Origin: an uncultured Pelagibacteraceae bacterium
GTDB taxonomy: Bacteria > Pseudomonadota > Alphaproteobacteria > Pelagibacterales > AG-422-B15
NCBI GenBank assembly: GCA_902518415.1
Contig: CABYGA010000001.1
Location: 19,356 to 83,355, forward strand
DNA: 64,000 nucleotides
Reading direction: 5' to 3'
Each line of letters opens with the position of its first letter. The stretch's first letter is position 1. Below the pieces are notes generated by a model. That model made no database searches. It saw only the letters and a list, made by a program, of their open reading frames with translations, and was not told where the DNA came from. Both the position numbers and the translations under genes were made by a program. Shown in pieces: positions 30,156-39,827 of this stretch.

Positions 30156-30512
30156 ATGGCAAGAGTTAAAAGAGGAGTTACTGCACACGCAAGACACAAG
30201 AAGGTGATCAAGCAAGCTAAAGGTTACAGAGGTCGACGAAAAAATACCTTTAAAGTAGCAAAGCAGGCAGTCGAAAAATCTCTACAATATGCATATCGTG
30301 ATCGCCGAGTCAAAAAGAGAGACTTCAGGTCTCTATGGACTCAAAGAATAAATGCTGGGGCAAGAGAGTACGGTATATCATACTCAGTTTTTATAAGCGG
30401 ATTGAAAAAATTGAATATCTCACTCGATAGAAAGATCCTAGCTGATTTAGCAATGAATGAACCATCGTCGTTTAAGCATTTAGCCGAACAAGTTCAATCT
30501 GCCGCTAAATAA
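30156..30512 (+). CDS. rplT: 50S ribosomal protein L20
   Basis: 118 aa, [17 protein letters not shown]. Confidence 0.95.
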   Translation: MARVKRGVTAHARHKKVIKQAKGYRGRRKNTFKVAKQAVEKSLQYAYRDRRVKKRDFRSLWTQRINAGAREYGISYSVFISGLKKLNISLDRKILADLAMNEPSSFKHLAEQVQSAAK

Positions 30513-30583
30513 CTAGCTTATTATCTTTTACACAAATATATTCTTATTACAGAAAAAACTAAATCTGATATTGTTGTATTGTT

Positions 30584-31654
30584 ATGGTTGATTTTACAAA
30601 ACTAGAGCAAGAAATTACAAATTCTTTATCTAAAGTTACTGATTTAGAAAGTTTGAATGAATGCCGTATAAAATATCTTGGTAAAAAAGGAGAGATCTCT
30701 CTTTTAATGAAGGAGCTTGCTAATCTCTCAGGTGAGGATAGAAAAAAACAAGCTGAAATACTAAATACTCTTAAAAATAAAACATTGAGTCTTATAGAAG
30801 ACAAGACAGAAGAACTAAACGATAGGAATTTAAATGAAAAACTATCCTCTGAGACACTCGATGTAACATTACCAGTATCAAGTTCTTTGGGATCAATTCA
30901 CCCTATAACTCAAGTCATTGAGGAAGTAGTCACAATATTTGGCGACTTAGATTTTTATGTTGCAGAGGGGCCAGAAGTCGAAACGGACTATAATAATTTC
31001 ACTGCGCTAAATACATCAGAACATCATCCGGCAAGGCAAATGCACGATACATTTTATGTAGAAACGCAAACAGACAATATGCAGAATGTATTAAGAACGC
31101 ATACATCACCTGTACAAATCAGGAGCATGCTTGAGCATAAACCTCCTATTAGACTGATTGCTCCTGGGAAAACATTTAGATGCGATAATGACCAAACACA
31201 TTCTCCAATGTTTCATCAAGTTGAGGGATTAGTAATCGATCAAGAAAGCAATATGAGTCATCTCAAGGGGTGTCTTGAAATATTTCTTAAAACTTTTTTT
31301 GAAACAGATAAACTTAAAATGAGATTTCGACCAAGTCATTTTCCGTTCACAGAGCCGTCAGCAGAGGTTGATATAGGTTATACTAAAAAAGGCAATCAAT
31401 TAGTTATTGGTGAAGGTGATGACTGGCTAGAAATATTAGGCTGCGGGATGGTGCACCCAAAAGTTCTACAAAATGTAAATATTGATCCGAATAGTTTTCA
31501 AGGGTATGCCTTTGGCATGGGCATAGAACGCCTTGCAATGCTTAAGTACGGTATAAGTGATTTAAGAACTTTTTTTGAGTGCGATTTAAGATGGAATAAG
31601 CATTATGGTTTTTCTCCACTGAACTTTCCTTCTCTCATCAGGGACTTAAGCTAA
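30584..31654 (+). CDS. pheS: phenylalanine--tRNA ligase alpha subunit
   Basis: Class II motifs (FRPSHFPFTEPSAEVD; GMGIERLAM); 356 aa. Confidence 0.93.
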   Translation: MVDFTKLEQEITNSLSKVTDLESLNECRIKYLGKKGEISLLMKELANLSGEDRKKQAEILNTLKNKTLSLIEDKTEELNDRNLNEKLSSETLDVTLPVSSSLGSIHPITQVIEEVVTIFGDLDFYVAEGPEVETDYNNFTALNTSEHHPARQMHDTFYVETQTDNMQNVLRTHTSPVQIRSMLEHKPPIRLIAPGKTFRCDNDQTHSPMFHQVEGLVIDQESNMSHLKGCLEIFLKTFFETDKLKMRFRPSHFPFTEPSAEVDIGYTKKGNQLVIGEGDDWLEILGCGMVHPKVLQNVNIDPNSFQGYAFGMGIERLAMLKYGISDLRTFFECDLRWNKHYGFSPLNFPSLIRDLS

Positions 31655-34041
31655 TGAAGTTCACTTACTCATGGCTAAAAGAGCATCTAGAAACAGAGCA
31701 TCAATATAGTGAAGTAGTTGATAAATTGACAGCAATTGGATTGGAGGTAGAGAGTGTTCAAGATACAGGCCTAGCCTATAAAGACTTTATTGTTGGACAG
31801 GTTTTGGAAGAAGAAAAACACCCTAATGCAGATAAACTAAAATTATGCAAAGTAGATATCGGTAGAGAAAAAGTTGATGTAGTTTGTGGAGCTCCCAATG
31901 TTACAAAAGGGATGAAAGTTGTTTATGCACCTGTTGGATCTGTCATTCCTGTAAATCAAATGAAAATAAAAGCAGCTAAGATTCGTGGCGTTGAGTCTTA
32001 CGGAATGATGTGTTCTGAGTATGAACTCGGAATTTCAAATGAGCACGACGGCATTATTAGTTTAGAACAAGATACAGAGGTTGGCAGGTCATACGTAGAA
32101 TCGTCCGGAATGAATGATATTTTAATTGAAATAGGTATTACTCCCAACCGTCAAGACTGTTTGGGGGTTTTGGGAGTTGCACGAGATTTGGCCGCAGCAG
32201 GTGTTGGGAAGTTAAAGAACCGAGAGTTCAAGACAGAAAAAGGTTCGTTTGAGTCCCCAATTAAAATTGAAATACAAGATAATGATATATGCCCAGCATT
32301 CGCTGGAAGCTATATTAAAAATGTAAAAAATGTAGCAAGTCCAGACTGGCTACAGAAAAAATTAAAGTCAATTGGCTTAAGGCCCATTTCCGCTTTAGTT
32401 GATATTACAAATTATGTAATGTTTGACCAAAATAGACCATTGCATGTCTACGATGCTGATAAAGTTAAAGGAAAAATCATAGTTCGATCAGCTCAAGACG
32501 GTGAAAGCTTTAAGGCTTTAGATGAAAAGACCTATGATTTAAAAAAGGGCATGTGCACAATTTCAGATGAAGAAAAGGTTTTAGGTCTGGGAGGCATTAT
32601 GGGCGGTGAAAGCACAGGATGTAATTTAGATACCATTAATGTCCTTTTAGAATCTGCACTTTTTGACGATGTAAACACAGCAAGAACAGGGAGAGATTTA
32701 TCAATATTGAGCGATGCAAGATACAGATTTGAAAGAGGAATTGATCCAAGGTCAACTTTAGAGGGAATTCATTATGCAACTCAACTAATACTTGAAATAT
32801 GCGGAGGCGAATGTAGTGAAATTGTATTAGCCGGACAAATTTCTGAAACTCTAAATACAATTGATATTTCAGGTAAAAATATAGTTAAAAGATTGGGATT
32901 AGAGATCACCGATGATGAAATTATTTTAATTTTGAATTCCTTAGGTTTTGGAGCAAAAAAAAGTGGTGAAAGTATTCACTGTACAATTCCATCATGGCGG
33001 CAGGACATCTGCGGAGAAGCAGATATAAGTGAGGAAATTATTCGTATTAAAGGGTATGAAAATATTCCCACGTCAAACATTAGAGCTATCAGTAAGGTCA
33101 ACAAAGATATACTAAACAGTAATCAAAAAATTATTTCAAAGGCAAAGCATTTCATAGCGTCAGAGGGATATAATGAATTTATTACATTCTCTTTTTCAGA
33201 TTCTAAGAAAAGTAGTTTTTTTGGCGAAGTTGAAAAATTAAAAATAATCAATCCGATTTCAGAGGATTTAGATATATTAAGACCTAGCCTTATTCCTAAC
33301 TTATTAACATCAATAAAAAAAAATACAGCACGTGGAATTGATTCTTTGTCTATTTTTGAAGCTGGCAGTCAGTACAGTTCAACCACTCCTGAAGATCAAA
33401 TAAATTTAATATGTGGTATGAAATATGGCTTAAGCCATAATAAGACTTGGAGAAGCGAAAAAAAAGAATTTGATATTTTTGATGCTAAAAATGATCTATT
33501 AAATGTTATAAATTATTTAGTACCTGGAAATAAGAAAATTTCAATTTCTGATGAAGCTCCTTCTTGGTATCATCCAGGGCGTTCAGGCAAAATTATTCTA
33601 AACAAGAAAATAGAGATTGGTTATTTTGGCGAATTACATCCAAGAATTGCAAATAAATTTAAAATAAAATCAAGGGTTAACCTATTCGAGTTACTAATTG
33701 ATAATATTCCCTTGAATGAAAAGAAGACTACTAATAAGCCACAACTAATTCTGAGTGATTTTCAGAGTGTAACTAGAGATTTTGCGTTTATACTTGATAA
33801 GAATATTAAAAGTAGCGATTTAATCAAAGCAGCATTAAATGTTGATACAAAAATTATAAAGAGCGCAGAAATATTTGACTTATTTGAGGATAAAAGTTTG
33901 GGAGATGATAAAAAATCAATGGCAATCAAAGTTGTTTTGCAGTCTGAAGAAAAGACATTAGATGAAAATGATATTAATAGCTTGAGTTCAAAAATAGTTG
34001 AGGCTATTGAAAAATCTACTTCTGGAACTGTTCGATCCTAA
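31654..34041 (+). CDS. pheT: phenylalanine--tRNA ligase beta subunit
   Basis: 795 aa, MKFTYSWLKEHL start, with tRNA-binding, B3/4, B5 and FDX-ACB architecture. Overlaps pheS by 1 nt. Confidence 0.93.
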   Translation: MKFTYSWLKEHLETEHQYSEVVDKLTAIGLEVESVQDTGLAYKDFIVGQVLEEEKHPNADKLKLCKVDIGREKVDVVCGAPNVTKGMKVVYAPVGSVIPVNQMKIKAAKIRGVESYGMMCSEYELGISNEHDGIISLEQDTEVGRSYVESSGMNDILIEIGITPNRQDCLGVLGVARDLAAAGVGKLKNREFKTEKGSFESPIKIEIQDNDICPAFAGSYIKNVKNVASPDWLQKKLKSIGLRPISALVDITNYVMFDQNRPLHVYDADKVKGKIIVRSAQDGESFKALDEKTYDLKKGMCTISDEEKVLGLGGIMGGESTGCNLDTINVLLESALFDDVNTARTGRDLSILSDARYRFERGIDPRSTLEGIHYATQLILEICGGECSEIVLAGQISETLNTIDISGKNIVKRLGLEITDDEIILILNSLGFGAKKSGESIHCTIPSWRQDICGEADISEEIIRIKGYENIPTSNIRAISKVNKDILNSNQKIISKAKHFIASEGYNEFITFSFSDSKKSSFFGEVEKLKIINPISEDLDILRPSLIPNLLTSIKKNTARGIDSLSIFEAGSQYSSTTPEDQINLICGMKYGLSHNKTWRSEKKEFDIFDAKNDLLNVINYLVPGNKKISISDEAPSWYHPGRSGKIILNKKIEIGYFGELHPRIANKFKIKSRVNLFELLIDNIPLNEKKTTNKPQLILSDFQSVTRDFAFILDKNIKSSDLIKAALNVDTKIIKSAEIFDLFEDKSLGDDKKSMAIKVVLQSEEKTLDENDINSLSSKIVEAIEKSTSGTVRS

Positions 34042-34053
34042 AACTTATATTCT

Positions 34054-35853
34054 ATGACTGGAACCAAAAATATCAGAAACTTCTCAATTATTGCGCATAT
34101 TGATCATGGTAAATCTACGCTCGCAGATAGATTAATACAATTTTGCGGTGGTCTATCAGAACGTGAGATGAAGTCTCAAGTACTTGACTCAATGGATATC
34201 GAGCGGGAAAGAGGGATTACTATTAAAGCACAGACAGTCCAATTAAAGTACAATGCCAAGGACGATGAAATCTATACATTAAATATCATAGACACTCCAG
34301 GTCATGTTGATTTTAGCTATGAAGTTAACCGCTCTCTTTCAGCTTGTGAAGGTTCACTTCTTGTTGTTGATGCAAGTCAAGGCGTAGAAGCTCAAACACT
34401 AGCAAATTTATACCAAGCAGTAGAAAATGATCATGTAATCATTCCCGTATTAAATAAGATTGATTTACCAGCAGCGGATCCTGAGAGAGTAAAAGGACAA
34501 ATTGAGGATATTCTTGGAATTGATACAAGTAATGTATTAGAAATTTCTGCAAAGTCTGGAATAGGTATTGAAGATGTGCTTGAAACTATTGTAAATGATC
34601 TCCCAGCTCCCATAGGCAGTGTAACTGAACCTCTGAAAGCATTGCTTGTTGATAGTTGGTATGACGCTTACTTAGGAGTTGTTGTTTTGGTAAGAGTTAT
34701 TAATGGCACATTAAAAAAAGGTATGGAAGTAAGATTTCATCAAACTGACACCAAGCATTTAATTGAGAGAATTGGATGCTTTACCCCCAAGATGATTATC
34801 AATGAAGAGATTAAGACAGGTGAACTTGGATTTATTACTGCTGCAATTAAAGAGGTTTCTCAAACAAAAGTAGGAGATACTATTATATTATCTAATGATA
34901 AAAAAACACAGCCATTACCCGGATTTAAACCCAGTCAACCAGTAGTATTTTGTGGTCTTTTTCCAACTAATGCAGCAGATTTTAAATTCTTAAAAGATGC
35001 TCTTGCAAAATTAAAGCTTAATGATTCAAGCTTTCATTATGAGCAAGAAACCTCAGCTGCATTAGGCATGGGATTTAGGTGCGGTTTCTTAGGGCTACTT
35101 CACCTTGAGATTATTGTTGAAAGATTGGATAGAGAATTTGATTTAGATTTAATCACGACAGCCCCGAGTGTAATTTACGACATAGTACTTACTGATGAAA
35201 GCAAAATTGAGCTGCATAATCCTGCTGATATGCCTGAGATAATGAAAATCAAAACAATTTCTGAGCCCTGGATTAAAGCAACGATAATATGCCCAGATGA
35301 ATATTTAGGTAGTATCATTTCACTTTGTGAGGACAAACGAGGTATCCAGAATGAACTTACATATTCAGGGTCAAGAGTAATACTTGCTTATAAGCTACCC
35401 CTCAATGAAATTGTTTTTGATTTTTATGACAAACTAAAATCAATATCAAGTGGGTATGCAAGTTTTGATTATGAAATTGATCAGTATATGGAAAGTGATC
35501 TTGTTCGTTTAAGTATACTAGTTAATGATGAGCCTGTTGATGCCTTATCAATTATTGTTCATAGGAACTTTTCTGAAAAAAAGGGTAGAGCCGTATGTGA
35601 AAAACTCAAGGAACTGATTCCTAGACATCAGTTTCATATACCTATTCAAGCAGCAATAGGTGGCAAAATAATTGCTCGAGAAACTGTTCGTGGGTACAGA
35701 AAAAATGTCATTGATCGGATTCATGGTGGTGGTGCTACGGATAGAAAAAGAAAACTACTTGATAAGCAAAAGAAGGGTAAGCAAAGACTTAGAACTTACG
35801 GAAAAGTTGATATTCCTCAAGAAGCATTTATTGCTGCTTTGAAGGTTGAATAA
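34054..35853 (+). CDS. lepA: elongation factor 4
   Basis: GTPase motifs [22 protein letters not shown] and the LepA C-terminal domain; 599 aa. Confidence 0.95.
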   Translation: MTGTKNIRNFSIIAHIDHGKSTLADRLIQFCGGLSEREMKSQVLDSMDIERERGITIKAQTVQLKYNAKDDEIYTLNIIDTPGHVDFSYEVNRSLSACEGSLLVVDASQGVEAQTLANLYQAVENDHVIIPVLNKIDLPAADPERVKGQIEDILGIDTSNVLEISAKSGIGIEDVLETIVNDLPAPIGSVTEPLKALLVDSWYDAYLGVVVLVRVINGTLKKGMEVRFHQTDTKHLIERIGCFTPKMIINEEIKTGELGFITAAIKEVSQTKVGDTIILSNDKKTQPLPGFKPSQPVVFCGLFPTNAADFKFLKDALAKLKLNDSSFHYEQETSAALGMGFRCGFLGLLHLEIIVERLDREFDLDLITTAPSVIYDIVLTDESKIELHNPADMPEIMKIKTISEPWIKATIICPDEYLGSIISLCEDKRGIQNELTYSGSRVILAYKLPLNEIVFDFYDKLKSISSGYASFDYEIDQYMESDLVRLSILVNDEPVDALSIIVHRNFSEKKGRAVCEKLKELIPRHQFHIPIQAAIGGKIIARETVRGYRKNVIDRIHGGGATDRKRKLLDKQKKGKQRLRTYGKVDIPQEAFIAALKVE

Positions 35854-35943
35854 GGAAAGGTGGCCGAGTGGTTGAAGGCGCACGCTTGGAAAGCGTGTAT
35901 GCGGGTGACCGTATCGTGGGTTCGAATCCCATCCTTTCCGCCA
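35854..35943 (+). tRNA. tRNA-Ser (anticodon GGA), class II with long variable arm
   Basis: Hand-folded. Acceptor is GGAAAGG/CCTTTCC. Anticodon stem is CACGC/GCGTG with loop TT-GGA-AA. It has a long variable arm, T-loop GGTTCGAATCC, and an encoded CCA. It starts at the base after the lepA stop. Confidence 0.92.
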
Positions 35944-35990
35944 TTTTACTCTAAATACTGTTAAAAATATTTCTGCTAAGTTTCTTTTTG

Positions 35991-36009
35991 ACCGCACTTT
36001 GACCGCGGT
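35991..36009 (+). repeat. 8-mer pair with 11-bp period (ACCGCACT-ttg-ACCGCGGT), candidate recombinase arm site
   Basis: Read directly. Lies 48 nt after the tRNA-Ser 3' end. Related to the pairs at 36609 and 39763. Confidence 0.4.
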
Positions 36010-36022
36010 ATAAAGTTCATTT

Positions 36023-36592
36023 ATGGGAAATTCACTTAAAGAGAAGATCATACCACTAACAAAAAATACTCTGGTTTTTTTTGCTATATTCATTTTTCTA
36101 ACTTGGTTACCAGATATTGATAGCATTATTCCACTTCTATATCATCGTGATATGCTAACACATAGCGCCATAATACCTTTTCTAGCACTTTTATACTTAA
36201 CAAGATTTAAATATATATCACCGATTATGATTGCGGCGTTATTTCTGTGCTTTGCTATTCATTTGAGTGCAGATATGTTCCCAAAAGGTTGGAGGGGTTT
36301 TGCTTTATTGCATTTCCCTGTGTTTGGTTTTGCTTTGCCTGGAATGTTAAGCTTTTTGTGGCTATTAGCCAATGTAGTAATCTGTATATTTTTTGCGCAC
36401 AAAATTCTTTTTAAGGGAGACTCAATATTAGTCTCAAAAAGATTCTTCTTTATAATTTCTATTGTACTATCAATTTTATACTTTTTATTTAATGAGCTGC
36501 CTAGTGGAAATGGTCAAACTATCTATTTGATTTTAATTATTGGCCTTACACTTTTTGGTATCAATCGATACGGAGAGAATTATATGAAGTGA
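36023..36592 (+). CDS. membrane-bound metal-dependent hydrolase-like protein (YdjM/DUF457-like)
   Basis: 189 aa, polytopic. LPDIDSIIPLLYHRDMLTHS and AIHLSAD resemble the DUF457 LPDxD...HRxxTHS / HLxxD motifs. Confidence 0.5.
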   Translation: MGNSLKEKIIPLTKNTLVFFAIFIFLTWLPDIDSIIPLLYHRDMLTHSAIIPFLALLYLTRFKYISPIMIAALFLCFAIHLSADMFPKGWRGFALLHFPVFGFALPGMLSFLWLLANVVICIFFAHKILFKGDSILVSKRFFFIISIVLSILYFLFNELPSGNGQTIYLILIIGLTLFGINRYGENYMK

Positions 36593-36608
36593 GCCCTTAA
36601 TCGTGGCT

Positions 36609-36627
36609 ACCGCACTTTTACCGCACT
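36609..36627 (+). repeat. 8-mer pair with 11-bp period (ACCGCACT-ttt-ACCGCACT), candidate recombinase arm site
   Basis: Read directly. Begins 100 nt upstream of tRNA-fragment copy 2. Homologous to the 39763 pair, which begins 98 nt upstream of copy 3. Confidence 0.4.
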
Positions 36628-36675
36628 CACCTGAAGCAATCCAAAAAAACAAGTATTAAAATCCAAGATTTACTT

Positions 36676-36766
36676 AGAAAAATTATCCTCTAATCTTGGA
36701 CTCATGAATTGGAAAGCGTGTATGCGGGTGACCGTATCGTGGGTTCGAATCCCATCCTTTCCGCCA
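36676..36766 (+). repeat. att-like repeat copy 2: 33-nt flank plus 58-nt tRNA-Ser 3' fragment
   Basis: 36709-36766 is 58/58 identical to 35886-35943. The flank 36676-36708 matches 39828-39860 at 30/33. Confidence 0.9.
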
Positions 36767-36793
36767 AACTGCTTAATGAACTTCTAATTCCAA

Positions 36794-37162
36794 TTAATTT
36801 TCAAATTTTATCTCTATCTTATCAAAGTAACCATAAATTACTCCATTTTCTGTAGAGTGACAGCTGTCAATTCTAAAATTTATTTCTTTAGATCCTCCAT
36901 TATTAAGAAGTGCTGAAAGTATCATCTCTCTACCCTTAGCGGTAGGCTCATAGAAAATTAAATCACTTCCCTCGCCCAAACAATTATGATTTTTGTCAAG
37001 GTAGACATATATTCTCTCATCCCATCCAAGCTGGATTCTGTCAACTTTACTTTCATGCCAAAATCCCAATTGACCAGTTTGATTTGACCCATCATACGAA
37101 TATGAATAGCTAAACATATTTAAAGAAATTAGTATTATAATCAATTTTTTTTTAAGAGACAT
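36794..37162 (-). CDS. small secreted protein, unknown function
   Basis: 122 aa with an N-terminal signal-like segment (KKKLIIILISLNMFSYS) and two Cys. Lies 50 nt downstream of the 820-aa gene on the same strand. Confidence 0.5.
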   Translation of the reverse strand: MSLKKKLIIILISLNMFSYSYSYDGSNQTGQLGFWHESKVDRIQLGWDERIYVYLDKNHNCLGEGSDLIFYEPTAKGREMILSALLNNGGSKEINFRIDSCHSTENGVIYGYFDKIEIKFEN

Positions 37163-37212
37163 ATTGGAAAATTTAATCCTTTCCTGTTATCAGATCAATT
37201 TGGAAGAAAAAA

Positions 37213-39675
37213 TTAATTTGATTTTCCTGTCAACCAATCCATTGGAGTAATATATTTTATTAATTCTTTTAAGTCTTCAGCAGTACATTCGTTGCAACCT
37301 CCTTTAGGCATCATCGCCCCATTTCCTGAAAATGCAAGAGATAGAAGAATTACACGATCTTGTGGAAATTTTGCCCATGACTCAAGATCTCCCCTTGTTG
37401 GTGCGCCAAATGATCCATTTTCATGGCACCCAGCACAATTTTGTGTATACAATCTTTCTGTTCTCATCATTACTGTTTCATCAAGAGTTGCTTCACTTAT
37501 TATTTTATTTTTTTCCATTGCTTTTTTCTGCGCTTCAACTATTTCCTGTCCTGGTTTTTTTTGTGAGGCTTCCTTTGTACTTAAAAGTAGAACATAAGCG
37601 ACTTCTCCATCGTTGAAGCCAAGTGCTAGTGATCCATCATAATCAACTGAAACTGTCTTCATATAACCAAAATTAGGAGAAAATTGTATAACCTCATAAT
37701 CATTAGAATCAGGACTGTCATAAACTACTAATCTATAATTTTTAGAGTCGGCGATATATATTTTACCATCTGGACCAATGTCTATCTCATGAGGATAATT
37801 CAATACTCCATTTCCAAATGTATACTGCTTTTCACCTTCGAAGTTTAGAACGCCAATCCAATTTCTTACTCTAGCTACGACATATATAAGTTCTCTTTCA
37901 TGATCAACCTTTAAATAGTATGGTTCTAACCAATCAAATTCATCTCCCTCAGAATTTACTGATAACCATTTTGTTTTTCCCGAAACAGTATCTAACGCCT
38001 GTATTCTTGAATTGATATGTTCCGAAACTATCATCATGTCATCTACAAAATCTAATCCAAATGGAGAATTAAATTTTCCAAGTTGACTCGTAGGTTTTTC
38101 TATCGCATCACCGTAGGTTCCCCAACTTTTTTCAAAATCTCCGGCAAGACTAAATTGTTCGATTCGATGATTACTTCCTTCAGCAATATATACACTCCCT
38201 TCATGTACTTGGACATCTGCTGGGGTCGTATAAATTTGCCCACTGTGAGTACCTCTTTCACCAAAACTATATAAAAATCTTCCAGATTTATCGAATACTT
38301 GAATTTTTGCATTGACACAATCAGTTATAAAAAGTGCATCTTTATAGAAAGCCGAACCGTATGGAAGTTGAAATTCCTCAGAATCATTTCCAATTTTCCC
38401 AAGAATAGAAATGGACTCAAACTTATCAAAATAGTCAATTCTTTCTTTATTCCATACCTGAATTTTTGAGTCCAAAAAAGTTAATCTAATGTTTGCAATA
38501 CATTGTTCCCCATCTTTTTGTTCAAACCTACCAATTAATTCAACTGCTTTTACTGTCCCAAACTTTTTTCTAAGCCTTATGCTGTATCCTCGACTGTCTG
38601 AGTCTAGTCTTGCAATCCCTGCATGTTTTAGTTCTTTAAATTTTAAGTTTAATAGTGACAAATTATTTTTGGCATTATTGATTCCGACTCCTAAATAAAT
38701 AGATTCTCCTTTGAATAAATCTTCATAATAAAAATCTTCATTTCTTAAGTGAAAATTTTCTTCAAAGCACAGTTGCGTATTTATATTGTCAAGCAGCATC
38801 GACTTTGCGTAATTAATTGACCGAGAAAGAGCCATTATTTCTGCGGAATTATATTTAATCTCGTCAGAAACTTTACTTAATTTTTTGGATAGGGTTATTA
38901 ATTCAGTTGATAAGCGAGGTATTGAGTTAATCGCTTCGATAGCAGTTGTTTCATACTTCGACTCTATTTTTTGCATTTCTTTAAACTCAGACTCAGATAT
39001 TATGATTTCTTTTTTTATATTATTTGGCGTCTGTAATTTTTGGACTTCATCATTATTTATTGATTTGTAAGGTGCTAATAAAATTAGTATATTCGCTTCA
39101 CACATGCCACTCTTACTTTGAAACTCGCCAATTAAATTAATATTCAAAAAAGAATCGTTTACGCGATTATATAATTTTAATTGAATAATTGAGTCTGATT
39201 TAGAGATTTCGAAGAGTCCATATGATTTTATCCCTTTGTGCCTTATATCCTTTAAAATTAAATCATTGATACCTACTCGACTATTAATTTTAAAATCAAT
39301 TAAATCGGAGTCATGTCTTTTCGCTAGATTAAAATCTTTATTTTGAAGTACTAATTTATTCTCATCACACTCAATAATTGCAGAATCTTTACCCAATTCT
39401 TTTTCAGCATATTTTATTTGATCAGTATAATTTGTGATCATTTCATAACTTCTCCTAAGCCTGTCTGATTCTTTTGAAAACTCTTCTTTTTTCTTGCTGA
39501 GTATTTTTTCTAAATTTTTTCTTTCATCATCAAATAATGACCAATTCGCAGTAGCATTTTTTTCATTCACATTAGAATATACATAGCCGACAGCTATTAT
39601 TATTGAAATGACCGTAGTGATTAACAGCAGATAAAATAAAAATTTATATTTTTTATAAAAATTTATCATGTACAT
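37213..39675 (-). CDS. membrane-anchored fusion protein: duplicated unknown module + NHL-repeat beta-propeller + cytochrome c5-type domain
   Basis: 820 aa. N-terminal TM (FLFYLLLITTVISIIIAVG). Coiled-coil-like segments. Two ~115-aa homologous modules (~aa 85-200 and 286-401). NHL blades (e.g. LNYPHEIDIGPDGKIYIADSKNYRLVVYD; FITDCVNAKIQVFDKSGRFLYSFG). C-terminal CAGCH heme motif followed by MMPKGGCNECTAEDLKELIKYI (c5-type Met ligand and Cys pair). Confidence 0.8.
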   Translation of the reverse strand: MYMINFYKKYKFLFYLLLITTVISIIIAVGYVYSNVNEKNATANWSLFDDERKNLEKILSKKKEEFSKESDRLRRSYEMITNYTDQIKYAEKELGKDSAIIECDENKLVLQNKDFNLAKRHDSDLIDFKINSRVGINDLILKDIRHKGIKSYGLFEISKSDSIIQLKLYNRVNDSFLNINLIGEFQSKSGMCEANILILLAPYKSINNDEVQKLQTPNNIKKEIIISESEFKEMQKIESKYETTAIEAINSIPRLSTELITLSKKLSKVSDEIKYNSAEIMALSRSINYAKSMLLDNINTQLCFEENFHLRNEDFYYEDLFKGESIYLGVGINNAKNNLSLLNLKFKELKHAGIARLDSDSRGYSIRLRKKFGTVKAVELIGRFEQKDGEQCIANIRLTFLDSKIQVWNKERIDYFDKFESISILGKIGNDSEEFQLPYGSAFYKDALFITDCVNAKIQVFDKSGRFLYSFGERGTHSGQIYTTPADVQVHEGSVYIAEGSNHRIEQFSLAGDFEKSWGTYGDAIEKPTSQLGKFNSPFGLDFVDDMMIVSEHINSRIQALDTVSGKTKWLSVNSEGDEFDWLEPYYLKVDHERELIYVVARVRNWIGVLNFEGEKQYTFGNGVLNYPHEIDIGPDGKIYIADSKNYRLVVYDSPDSNDYEVIQFSPNFGYMKTVSVDYDGSLALGFNDGEVAYVLLLSTKEASQKKPGQEIVEAQKKAMEKNKIISEATLDETVMMRTERLYTQNCAGCHENGSFGAPTRGDLESWAKFPQDRVILLSLAFSGNGAMMPKGGCNECTAEDLKELIKYITPMDWLTGKSN

Positions 39676-39762
39676 AAGAATATTATTTTAGATCCAAAAA
39701 GTCTATTATTTCTAAGTACTAAAAACATACAATTAGACCACTTCACTAATTCAATAATGCAA

Positions 39763-39781
39763 CTGCACTCTCACCATACTC
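39763..39781 (+). repeat. 8-mer pair with 11-bp period (ACTGCACT-ctc-ACCATACT), degenerate copy of the arm-site pair
   Basis: Aligns with 36609-36627 at 13 of 19 positions (20 of 26 over the wider 36610-36635 vs 39764-39789 stretch, including the shared downstream CACCT). It sits at the same distance from its tRNA fragment. Confidence 0.35.
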
Positions 39782-39827
39782 ACCTAAAATAATTTCTAAC
39801 TTCCCCAAATGTAATACCCCGTTTACC

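Larger units (their letters stand above)
35944..36708. mobile_element. islet A: 765-bp att-bounded, integrase-less insert (CIME/cassette-like)
   Basis: Bounded by the intact tRNA-Ser and an identical 58-nt copy of its 3' part. Contains one ORF and arm-type repeat pairs near both ends. Confidence 0.5.

Noticed and set aside
35755-36126. Track ORFs 35755..36126 (-) and 39780..40259 (-), which share similar peptide stretches.
   Set aside because: Both read antisense straight through the tRNA-Ser gene or its 58-nt copy, so the shared peptide is just the translated repeat. They overlap better-supported features and have no coding support.
36593-36675. Searched islets A and B, and the region up to 46.3 kb, for a degraded integrase, excisionase or transposase, or further tRNA-fragment copies.
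   Set aside because: No ORF or frame fragment showed recombinase-like motifs by eye, and no fourth copy of GGTTCGAATCC-containing sequence was seen. Absence of evidence is recorded here; a translated search would be needed to exclude short pseudogene remnants.
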